From contig NC_086108.1 in assembly GCF_963921235.1 (NCBI RefSeq), positions 63,304,001 through 63,368,000 of the forward strand: DNA of 64,000 nucleotides. The letters are read 5' to 3'. Source of the DNA: Mobula hypostoma (lineage: Eukaryota). Both the position numbers and the translations under genes were made by a program. A model generated the notes under the pieces. That model had not been told where the DNA came from, made no database searches, and saw only the letters and a program-made list of their open reading frames with translations. Numbering within the stretch: position 1 is the first letter of the stretch; each line of letters starts with the position of its first letter. Positions 49,601-61,600 of the stretch are shown piece by piece.

Positions 49601-52600
49601 TAAATAAATAACAATAAATAATGAGCGCAAAATAACAATTTAGGAGTCCTTAAATGACTGTAGCTGTCCTCTGTTGTTCAAGAGCCCAATGGTTGAGGGG
49701 TAGAAACTCTCCTTGAACTTGGTAGTGCAAGTCCTGAGGCATCTGTACCTCCTGCCTGATGGCAGCAGTGAGAAAAGAACATGACCTGTGTGGTGAGGAT
49801 CTTTGATGATGGATGCTGTTTTTCTACGACAATGTTTCACATACATGTGCTCAATGGTTGGGAGGCTTTTACCCAGGAGGTACCAGGCCAAATCCACTGC
49901 CTTTTATAGGATTTTCCATTCAAAGACATTAGTGTTCCTATATCAGGCTGTGATGCATATTTCCACCACATAGCTATCGAATTCTTAAGGCATTATAACA
50001 CATGAACATGTTAAGAAAATGATCTTTCAAATAAATTGCCAAGTTAAGAATGTAGTCTTTAAAATGAATAAGCAGCAAACAGAAAATTAGTAAATCATTT
50101 GTGATAAAGGTAAACAATGAAAAGAAACATTAATGACAGGAAGAAAGGAAGAAATATGTTGGGATGCCATGAAGTTGTGTAAGTTGCTATATAAAGTTCT
50201 CTCTTCTATTAAGGTGCTTTATCAGAATTACATGAAATAAATACATTTAAATTCATATTCACTGAGAGATATGTTCCTACTACTTAAAAGTAAATTAGTG
50301 CTCTGAAGCATTGTGACCCATGCTTGGTCTTTAAAAAACTATTCAAATCCTCTACATGTAGTATTCAATAGGAATTTATAAAACAATTTTTAGAATTTCG
50401 GTTGCTGTTCAACTTCCTATCGCATGATGCTTGTATAATTTTTTTCATAAAACATGAAAATATAATGACCCTTTAACAATTTAATGTAACAAAAATCAGA
50501 CTTGTATCATTTACCCTCAAATGCAATTAAATTTTATTGCAATTAAACAAGTTTAAATTGCAAATCTTATCATTCTAGCTCAAAGTATTGAGGAATTGCA
50601 ACGTGGGTTAACTAAAAAAGATGAAGATATGCGGGCAATGGAGGAAAGGTACAAAATGTACCTCGAGAAAGCTCGTAATGTGAGTGCACGTTTCAAGATT
50701 ACTTGTGGATTCTGACTTGCCAGTTCTTCTGCATTTTTTTACATTGATGTTCCCCATTGCTTCTTTTTCACTTTAGTCTGAGAGTTGCCTGATGGTAAAT
50801 ATACATTTTAAAAAATGCCAGAGTGAATGGATCTGAGATGATATATGGAAAATAATTTCAGTAATTTATTTTACTGATAACTGATTTTTTCATAGTAAAT
50901 AGTAGATCTTATTGGTGCTGGAGACATTTTATTTTTTATTTCCATGTTACTTTTTCCAAGTTGAACGTAATTTCTCTACTTTTTCCTCTCACTTCCTGCC
51001 TGATGTTGGGAAAAATACACTTTTTTTGTTGTTTATAATTAAAACATTCCAGACCAACTAGCCCATCATTAAATAGTGCTGCATTAAATAGTTCCAATAA
51101 ACCCATCCAAAATCTCAACTCCATGTAACTTTAGTATTTGGCATTGAAAATAGAGCTTGTTAAGGTTTTGTGAAGAATACAACTTTCAAAAAGAGTTATT
51201 TATCTGATGGGACTGTTGTCTTCAACTTCAGTTGTGGGAGCTAAGATTACATAGAACATACACCAGATAATCATAAAATTAACTTTGTGGAGTCAGTTTC
51301 TTTTTTAATAGTGGATTAAAATAATTCTGGCTGTTTGTGCTTCAGGTCTTATGCCAGGAGGACTGTGAATTGAAACCCAGATATGAGTTGTGGCACTTTG
51401 CTACATGTTTATGTTATGCTAAACATGTCCAGGATACGTGGGAACCGAACTGAAGAGACGGAGGAAGGGGCAGCTGGCTCATAAATCGAGAAAATTTGTA
51501 GACAGTATGAAAGGGAGGATAGGTAGGCGATAGAGAAAGGTTGCGCTCAGACTGATGGTTTGAGATGTGTCTATTTTAATGCAAGGAGCATCATGAACAA
51601 AGCGGATGAGCTTAGAGCGTGCGTCAGAACTTGGAGCTATGATGTTGTGCCCATTACAGAGACTTGGCTGGCTCAGGGGCGGAATTGGCTACTTAGAGTG
51701 TCAGGCTTCAGATGGTTCAGAAAGGACAGGGAGGGAGGCAAAAGATGTGGGGGCATGGCACTGCTGATCAGAGACAGTGTCACGGCTGCAGAAAATGAGT
51801 AGGTCATGCAGGGATTGTCCACTGCATCTCTTGTGGGTGGAAGTTAGAAACAGGAAGGGGTCAATAACACTACTGGGTGTTTATTTTAATAGATCATCCA
51901 GTAGTAACAGGGTCATCGAGGAGCAGATAGGGAGACAGACTCTGGAACGGTGCAATAATAACAGGGTTGTCTGATGGGAGATTTTAATTACCCTAATATT
52001 AAGACCATAAGATAAAGGAGCAGAAGTAGGCCATTCGGCCCATCGAGTCTGCTCCGCCATTTTATCATGAGCTGATCCATTTTCTCCTATTTAGTGCCAC
52101 TCCCCTGCCTTCTCACCATAACCTTTGATGCCCTGGCTACTCAGATACCTATCAATCTCTGCCTTAAATACACCCAATGACTTGGCCTCCTCTGCTGCCC
52201 ATGGCAACAAATTCTATAGATTCACCACCCTCTGACTAAAAAAATTTCTTCGCATTTCTGTTCTGAATGGGCGCCCTTCAATCCTTAAGTCATGCCCTCT
52301 CGTACTAGACTCCCCCTTCATGGGAAACAACTTTGCCACATCCACTCTGTCCATGCCTTTTAACATCCGAAATGTTTCTATGAGGTCTCCCCTCATTCTT
52401 CTAAACTCCAAGGAATACAGTCCAAGAGCGGACAAACGTTCCTCATATGTTAACCCTCTCATTCCAGGAATCACTCTAGTGAATCTTCTCTGTACTCTCT
52501 CCAATGTCAGCACATCTTTTCTTAAATAAGGAGACCAAAACTGCCCACAGTACTCCAAGTGAGGTCTCACCAGCGCCTTATAGAGCCTCAATATCACATC

Positions 52601-55600
52601 CCTGCTCCTATACTCTATTCCTCTAGAAATGAATGCCAACATTGCATTCGCCTTCTTCACTACTGACTCAACCTGGAGGTTAACTTTAAGGGTGTCCTGT
52701 ACGAGGACTCCCAAGTCCCGTTGCATCTCAGAACTTTGAATTCTTTCCCCATTTAAATAATAGTCTGCCCGTTTATTTTTTCTGCCAAAGTGCATAACCA
52801 TACACTTTCCAACATTATACTTCATTTGCCACTTCTCTGCCCATTCTTCCAATCTATTCAAGTCTCGCTGCAGACTCTCCATTTCCTCAGCACTACCGGC
52901 CCCTCCACCTATCTTCGTATCGTCAGCAAACTTAGCCACAAAGCCATCTATTCCATAATCTGAATCGTTGATGTACAACGTAAAAAGAAGCGGCCTCAAC
53001 ACTGATCCCTGCGGAACACCACTGGTAACTGGCAGCCAACCAGAATAGGATCCCTTTATTCCCACTCTCCTGCCAATCAGCCAATGCTCTATCCATGTAT
53101 GTAACTTCCCCGTAATTCCATGGGCTCTTATCTTGTTAAGTAGCCTCATGTGTGGCACCTTGTCAAAGGCCTTCTGAAAATCCAAATATACAACATCCAC
53201 TGCATCTCCCTTGTCTAGCCTACTGGTAATTTCCTCAAAAAATTGTAATAGGTTTGTCAGGGAGGATTTTCCTTTAAGGAATCCATGCTGAGTTCTGCCT
53301 GTCTTGTCATATGCCTCCAGGTACTCTTTTATCTCATGCTTGACAATCGACTCCAACAACTTCCCAACCACGGATGTCAAGCTAACAGGTCTATAATTTC
53401 CTGTTTGCTTCCTTGCCCCCTTCTTAAATAGCGGAGTGACATTTGCAATCTTCCAGTCCTCCGGAACCAAGCCAGCATCTATCGACTTTTGAAAGATCAT
53501 CGCGAATGCCTCCGCAATCTCCACAGCTACTTCCTTCAGAAGATGAGGGTGCATTCCACCTGGTCCAGGAGATTTATCTACCTTTAGCCTATTCAGCTTC
53601 CTGAGTACTTTCTCTGTCGTAATTGTGACTGCGCACACTTCTCTTCCCCGCCACCCTTGCGTGTCCGGTATACTGCTGTCTTCCTCAGTGAAGACTGATG
53701 CAAAATACTTGTTCAGTTCCTCTGCCATCTCCTCATCTCCCATTACAATTTCTCCAGTATCATTTTCTATTGGTCCTATATCTACTCTCACCTGTCTTTT
53801 ACTACTCTCACCTGTCTTTTACTCTTTATACACTTGAAAAAGCTTTTAGTATCCTCTTTGATATTATTTGCTAGCTTCCTTTCATAGTTAATCTTTTCTC
53901 TCTTAATGACCTTCTTGGTTTCCTTTTGTAAGGTTTTAAAAACTTCCCAATCCTCTCTCTTCCCACTAATTTTTGCTTCCTTGTATGCCCTCTCTTTTGA
54001 TTTAACTTTGGCTTTGACTTCTCCTGTCAACCATGGTTGCATCCTTTTTCCACTCGAAAATTTCTTCTTTTTTGGATTATACCTGTCTTGCACATTCCTC
54101 ATTTCTCGCATAATCTCCAGCCACTGCTGCTCTGCCGTCTTTCCCGCCAGTGTCTCTTTCCAGTCACCTTTGGCCAGTTCCACTCTCATGCCACTGTAAT
54201 TTCCTTTACTCCACTGAAATACCGACACATCAGCTTTCGGCTTCTCTTTTTCTAATTTCACAGTGAACTCAATCATGTTATGGTCACTGCATCCTAAGGG
54301 TTCCTTCACCTCAATCTCTCCAATCACCTCCGGTTCATTACACAATACCCAATCCAGTACAGCCGATCCCCTAGTGGGCTCAACAACAAGCTTTTCTAAA
54401 AAGCCATCTCACAAACATTCTACAAATTCTCTCTCTTGAGATCCAGTGCTGACCTGATTTTTCCAATCTACTCACATGTTAAAATCCCCCACAATTATCA
54501 TAACACTGCCCTTCTGACAAGCCTTTTCTATTTCCAGTTGTAATTTGTAGCCCACATCCCTGCAGCTGTTTGGAGGCCTATAAATAACTGCCATCAGGGT
54601 CCTTTTACCCCTGTTATTTCTTAGCTCAACCCTTAAAGATTCTGCACCTTCCGATCCTATAGCACTTCTTTCTAATGATTTAATATCATTTCTTACCAAT
54701 AAAGCCACGCCTCCCCTTCTGCCTACCTTCCTATCCTTCCGATACACCGTGTATCCTTGGACGTTCAGCTCCCAGAGACATGCATCCTTTAGCCAGGTCT
54801 CAGTGATGGCCACAATATCATACCTGCCAATCTGTAGCTGTACAACAAGATCATCCACCTTATTCCTTATGCTGCGTGCATTTAAGTACAACACCTTATT
54901 GATTGGTTTCTCCCTAGAGCAAAGAGTTTAGACGGGGTGGAGTTTGTTAGGTGTGTTCAGGAAGGTTTCTGGACACAATATGTAGATAAACCTACAAGAA
55001 GAGGGGCTGTACTTGATCTGGTATTGTGAAATGAACCTGTTCAGGTGTCAGGTCTCTCAGTGGGAGAACATTTTGGAGATAGTGATCACAATTCTATCTC
55101 CTTTACCAGAGCATTGAAGATGGATAGGAGCAGACAAGTTAGGAAAATGTTTAATTGGAGTAAGGGGAATATGAAGCTATCAGGCAGGAACTTGGAAGCA
55201 TAAGTTGGGAACAGATGTTCTCAGGGAAATGTACCGCAGAAATGTGGCAAATGTTCAGGGGATAGTTGCGTGGCATTCTGCGTGGGTGCGTTCCAGTGAG
55301 TCAGGGAAAGGAAGGTAGGGTACTGAAAACACACAAAAAGTTGCTGGTGAACGCAGCAGGCCAGACAGCATCTCTAGGAAGAGGTACGGTCGACGTTTCG
55401 GGCCGAGACCCTTCTTCAGAACTAACTGAAAGAAGAGCTAGTGAGAGATTTGAAAGTGGGAGGGGGAGGGGGAGATCCAAAATGATAGGAGAAGACAGGA
55501 GGGGGAGGGATGGAGCCAAGAGCTGGACAGTTGATTGGCAAAAGGGATATGAGAGGATCATTGGACAGGAGGCCTAGGGAAAAAGGAAAGGGGGAGGGGG

Positions 55601-58600
55601 GGAAGCCCAGAGGATGGGCAAGGGGTACAGTGAGAGGGACAGAGGGAGAAAAAGGAGAGAGAGAAAAAGAATGTGTGTATATAAATAAATAAATAACGGA
55701 TGGGGTACGAGGGGGAGGTGGGGCATTAATGGAAGTTTGCGAAGTCAATGTTCATGCCATCAGGTTGGAGGCTACCCAGACGGAATATAAGGTGTTGTTC
55801 CTCCAGCCTGAGTGTGGCTTCATCTTGACAGTGGAGGAGGACGTGGATAGACATATCAGAATGGGAAAGGGACGTAGAATTAAAATGTGTGGCCACTGGC
55901 AGATCCTGATTTCTCTGGCGGACAGAGCGTAGGTGTTCAGCAAAATGGTCCCCCAGTCTGCGTCGGGTCTCGCCAATACATAGGAGGCCGTATCGGACAC
56001 AGTATATCACCCCAGCTGACTCACAGGTGTAGTGTCGCCTCACCTGGAAGGACTGTTTGGGGCCCTGAATGGTGGTAAGGGAGGAAGTGTAAGGGCATGT
56101 GTAGCACTTGTTCCGCTTACAAGGATAAGTGCTAGGAGGGAGATCAGTGGGGAGAGATGGGGGGGTACGAATGGACAAGGGAGTCGCATAGGGAGCAATC
56201 CCTGCGGAAAGCAGAGAGTAGGGGGGAGGGAAAGATGTGCTGAGTGGTGGGATCCCGTTGGAGGTGGCGGAAGTTATGGAGAATTATATGTTGGACCCAG
56301 AGGCTGGTGGGGTGGTAGGTGAGGACAAGGGGAACCCTATTCCTAGTGGGGTGGCGGGAGGATGGAGTGAGAGCAGATGTGCATGAAATGGGGGAGATGC
56401 TTTTGAGAGCAGAGTTGATGGTGGAGGAAGGGAAGCCCCTTTCTTTAAAAAAGGAGGACATCTCCCTCGTCCTGGAATGAAAAGCCTCATCCTGAGAGCA
56501 GATGCAGCGGAGATGGAGGAATTGCGAGAAGGGGATGGCATTCTTGCAAGAGACAAGGTGAGAAAACGAATAGTTCAGATAGCTGTGAGAGTCAGTAGGC
56601 TTACAGTAGACATCAGTAGATAAGTTGTCTCCAGAGATACAGGAACCATGGGCTGTTGAGAATCTAGTCAAGAAGAAAAGAAAAGCTTATGAAAGGTTCA
56701 AAACATTAGGTAATGATAGAGATCTAGAAAATTATAAGGCTAGCAGGAAGGAGCTTAAGAATGAAATTAGGACAACCAGAAGGGGCCAATGGAGACCTTG
56801 GCGAGCAGGATTAGGAAAAACTCCAAGGCATTCTAAAAATATGTGAAGTGCAAGAGGATAAAGTGTGAGAGAATAGGACCAATCAAGTGTGACAGTGGAA
56901 AAGTGTGTAACGAACCGGGGTAGGTAGCAGAGGAACTTAATGAATACTTTGCTTCAGTATTCATTACAGAAAAGGACCTTGGCGATTGTAGAGATGAATT
57001 ACAGCGGATTGAAAAGCTCGAGCTTATCAACATTAAGAAAGAGGATGTGCTGGAGCTTTTGGAAAGCATCAAGTTGGATAAGTCACTGGGACCAGAGGAG
57101 ATATACCCCAGGCTACTGGGGGAGGCAAGGGAGGAGATTGCTGAGCCTCTGGCAATGATCTTTGCATCATCAATAGGGACAGGAGAGGTTCCTGAGGATT
57201 GGAGGGTTGCAGATGTTGTTCCCTTATTCAAGAAAGGGAATAGAGATAGTCCAGGAAATTATAGACCAGTGAGTCTTACTTCAGTGGTTAGTAAATTGAT
57301 GGAGAAGATCCTGAGAGGCAGGATTTATGAACATTTGGAGAGGCATAATATGATTAGGAGTAGTCAGCATGGCTTTGTCAAGGGCAGTTCATGCCTTACG
57401 AGCCTGATTGAATTTTTTGAGGATGTGACTAAACACATTAAAGAAGGTAGAGTAGTAGATGTAGCGTATATGGATTTCAGCAAAGCATTTGATAAGGTAC
57501 CTTATGCAAGGCTTATTGAGAAAGTAAGAAGGCATGGGATCCAGCAGGACATTGCTTTATGGCTCCAGAACTGGCTTGCCCACAGAAGGCAAAGAGGGGT
57601 TGTGGACGGGTCATATTCTGCATGGAGGTTGGTCACCAGTGGTGTGCCTCAGGGATCTGTTCTGGGACCCCTTCTCTTCGTGATTTTTATAAATGATTTG
57701 GATGAGGAAGTGGAGAGATGGGTTAGTAAATTTGCTGATGACACAAAGGTTGGGGGTGTTATGGATAGTGTGGAGGGCTGTCAGAGGTTACAGTGGGTTA
57801 TCGATAAGATACAGAACTGGGCTAAGCAGTGGCAGATGGAGCTCAATCCAGATAGCTGTGAGATGATCCATTTTGGTAGGTCAAATATGATGGCAGAATA
57901 TCGTATTAATGGTAAGACTCTTGGCAGTGTGGAGGATCGGAGGGATCTTGGGGTCTGAGTCCATGGGACACTTGAAGCTGCTGCGCTGGTTGAATGTGTG
58001 GTTAAGAAAGCATGTGGTGCATTGGCCTTCATCAATCGTGGGATTGAGTTCAAGAGCTGAGGGGTAATGTTACAGCTATATGGGACCCTAGTCAGACCCC
58101 ACTTGGAGTACTGTGCTCAGTTCTGGTCACCTCACTACAGGAAGGATGTGGAAACTATAGAAAGGATGCAGAGGAGATCTACAAGAATGTTGTCTGGATT
58201 GGGGGGCATGCCTTATGAGGATAGGTTGAGTGAACTTGGCCATTTCTTTTTAAACCGACGGAGGATGAGAGGTGACCTGATAGAGGTGTATAAGATGATG
58301 AAAGGCATTGATCATGTGTATTGTCAGAGGCGTTTTCCCAGGGCTAAAATGGGTAACACGAGAGGGCACAGTTGTAAGGTGCTTGGAAGTTTGTACAGAG
58401 GAGATGTCACGTGTAAGTTTTGTTACGTGGAGAGTGGTGAGAGCGTGGAATGGGCTGCTGGTGACAGTGGTGTAGGCGGATACAATAGGGTCTCTTAAGA
58501 GACTGCTGGATAGGTACATGGAATTAGAAAAATAGAGGGCTATGGGTAACCCTAGATAATTTCAAAAGTAACTACATGTTCGACACAACATTGTGGGCCG

Positions 58601-61600
58601 AAGGGCCTGTATTGTGCTGTCGGTTTTCTATGTTTCTATATCAAAATGTCCAAAGACATTGCTGAGTACATATTTGGGCTATGGCCTTCAGCTGCCTCTA
58701 AGTTTTCTAAGTATATTTCTCAGCTCCTCTGCAAATGAATCATTGGACAAAGTATTGTTTTTCTACCGTAGAAGAGAAGAAGTAATGATTGCCACCCCTC
58801 ACTCATCCAACTGGGTTAAACATCTGGACTCTCATCTTTAGCAGCAGATGGGCACTGTAAATGAGTCCACGATGGTATAGACTTCTATTGCCATGACTAA
58901 AATGAATTAGTAACCCCTAACTGTATGGACTTTGTCATGGACAATTGCAGGAATTAGTTGTATAGCAGGCCCTTGGAGAACAACAGAGTAAGTCTCAATG
59001 AAGTCTGGAATAATCTTTAATTTGAAAGATGAAGAACATTAGAAGCCGTAGTGATATTTTGGGATGAATATATTCTGCTTTATGGAAAGAGTAGATATCT
59101 GTCACAGTGCAATTTCCTAAGCTGTCTCTGGGGGCTGAGAGCCTTTTTTACCAACAGTAAGCATCAGAAAATGCTACATTGTCTCTTCATTTTTAAAAAA
59201 TATATATTTAGGACAAAGTTCATCAGCAGATTCTTTTTATATTAGTTGAGCAGAAATGAAAATAGTTTACGCCATTAACTCAGATTTATATTAATCTTTG
59301 CAACAGAGGGGACTGTAAATGCTAAGCCATTAAGTACATTCAAGCCAGGTATTAAGATGCTATGGGACAGGACTAGTGCAAGGAGGTGGAGTTTATGGTC
59401 AACCATGCTCTTATTGAAAACAAAACTAACTCAAAGGACCAAATAGACCCTGTTAATTAAGTTCATACCAGAGATCATAAATGACCAAATGTTCGATCTA
59501 ATTTTGTAACTTACCAAGAGCATCTACAGAAGTTGCCTATAGTGCATACAAGTTAAGAAATCTCATTGAAAGCCCTTCCCACTCTCCCCACACTCTAGTG
59601 AAATGATGTTATGTTTCATAAGTTTTTATAGAGGATATTTTTTGAAAAATTATTACATTGTTTATATCCCATATCTAGGTGATTAAAGCTCTGGACCCAA
59701 AACAGAACCCCGTGACTACAGAAATCCAGGCACTCAAAACTCAAATCATTGAGAGGGACAGAAAAATACAGATGCTGCAGGTATGATGATGTTTATAATT
59801 TTGGGATATGAACAAGAAGGAGGCTCCTCAGAGGAGGAATATGTGGGCAGTTTCTGAAATATACATGCATATGTTTAAACATGGAAATCCAGAAGAACAA
59901 TAAATTTCATGACATATACTAGTGATATTAAACCTGTTGCTGATACTGAAGTTGTGTTGTGTACTATTCCGTTTTTTCACAGAGTGTGATGTGCTGTTAA
60001 TTTGGAGTCAGTTAGAAATCAATTATTTTAGCATGTTATATTACATGCTGTTGCAATCAATTGTATTGTTGAAATAATTGTACCTCTTTTAAACAAGATG
60101 CCAACCTATAATTACTGCTGACCAAGATTTTCAACCTAATATTTAATTTTATGACTGGAGTCTAATGAGAACAATTTTAAGGAATCAGCCTCACTTAGAT
60201 TTTCATTAAAGTTCTAAGTACATTTATTATCAAAGTACATTTATGTCACCATATGCAACTTTGAGATTCGTTTTCGCGTGTGAGCGTACTTAATATATCC
60301 GATAACCGTAACAAAGTCCATGGAAAAACCACACAAAACAGGGTGGACAACGAGTTTTCAAAAGACAACAAACTGTGGAAATACAGAAGAAACAATAAGA
60401 AAAACTAGTAGTAAAGTGAGTCGATAGTTTGTGGGAGCAGTTTAGTGATGGGGTAAGTAAAGTTGAGTGGAGTTATTCCCTTTGATTCAAGAGCCTGATG
60501 GTTGGGGAAGTAACCATTCCTGAACCTGATGGTGTGAGTCCTGAGGGTCCTGTACCATCTTCCTGATGGCAGAAAAAAGAAGAGAACATGACCTGGGTGG
60601 TGGGTCCCTGATGATGGATCCTGCTTTCCTGCGACAATGTTCCTTGTGGATATGCTCAATGGTGGGGAGGACTTTACCCGTGATGGACTGGGCAGTATCC
60701 ACTATATTTCTTAGTATTTTCCATTCAAGGGCATTGGTGTTTCCATACCTGGCTGTGATGCAGCCAACCAGTGTGCTTTCCACCACACTTCTGTAGAAGC
60801 TTGTCAAAAGTTTACATGTCGTAGTGAATCTTCACAAACCTTGAAGGAAGATTTCACATTCTTTGTCAAGGCTTTTTCCTGTGTAACTGCTCCAGACCAG
60901 TCTGGGAGATGGTGTTGTCCAATGGTGTTCAGTAGTGTTCAAGTATATTTGAATGCCAATGTATTTTGAACACCACTAGACAAAGGGAGCAGTATCAGCA
61001 TGAGCAACATTACAAAGGACAATAGCACACTCATTTTTAACTCAGTTTACTCTTGTTTTAAAAACACAGACATAAGGAAATCTGCAGATGCTGGAAATTC
61101 AAGCAACCCACACAAAAATTGCTGGTGAACGCAATAGGCAGGCAGCGTCTATAGGAAGAGGTACAGTTGACGTTTCGGGCTGGAACCCTTCGTCAGGACT
61201 AACTGAAAGAAGAGATAGTAAGAGGATTTCTTACTAGCTCTTAGTATAGTAATCTCTTACTATTTCTTCTTTCAGTTAGTCCCGACAAAGGGTCCCAGCC
61301 CGAAAAGTCGACTGTACCTCTTACTCTTGGTTTTTGCCATTTTTTATGTTCCAGGTTAGCAAAGAAATTCAGCAAGACTTTCGGTGTAATATTCCCATCG
61401 AGCTATTTTAATTGTGGAACAATCTGAGATATTTATTGTTGCCTTTACTGATTTTACTATTTAATGTCATAGTAAATGCAATATTCTTCCATCAAAATAG
61501 ATTTAACATGTATAATGTGTAGAAAATAACTGTACATTTCCATCTGCAGAGCTCCAACTTAGAAATACATTATTTATACATTGGAAATACACTATCTTTC

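Larger units (their letters stand above)
51425..58638 (+). mobile_element. CR1 host in three pieces (51425-52000, 54897-55323, 56638-58638); same family as 30647-34122
   Basis: EN start (YFNARS) at 51560; RT at 57047..57958; sequence rejoins across both inserts. Confidence 0.9.
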
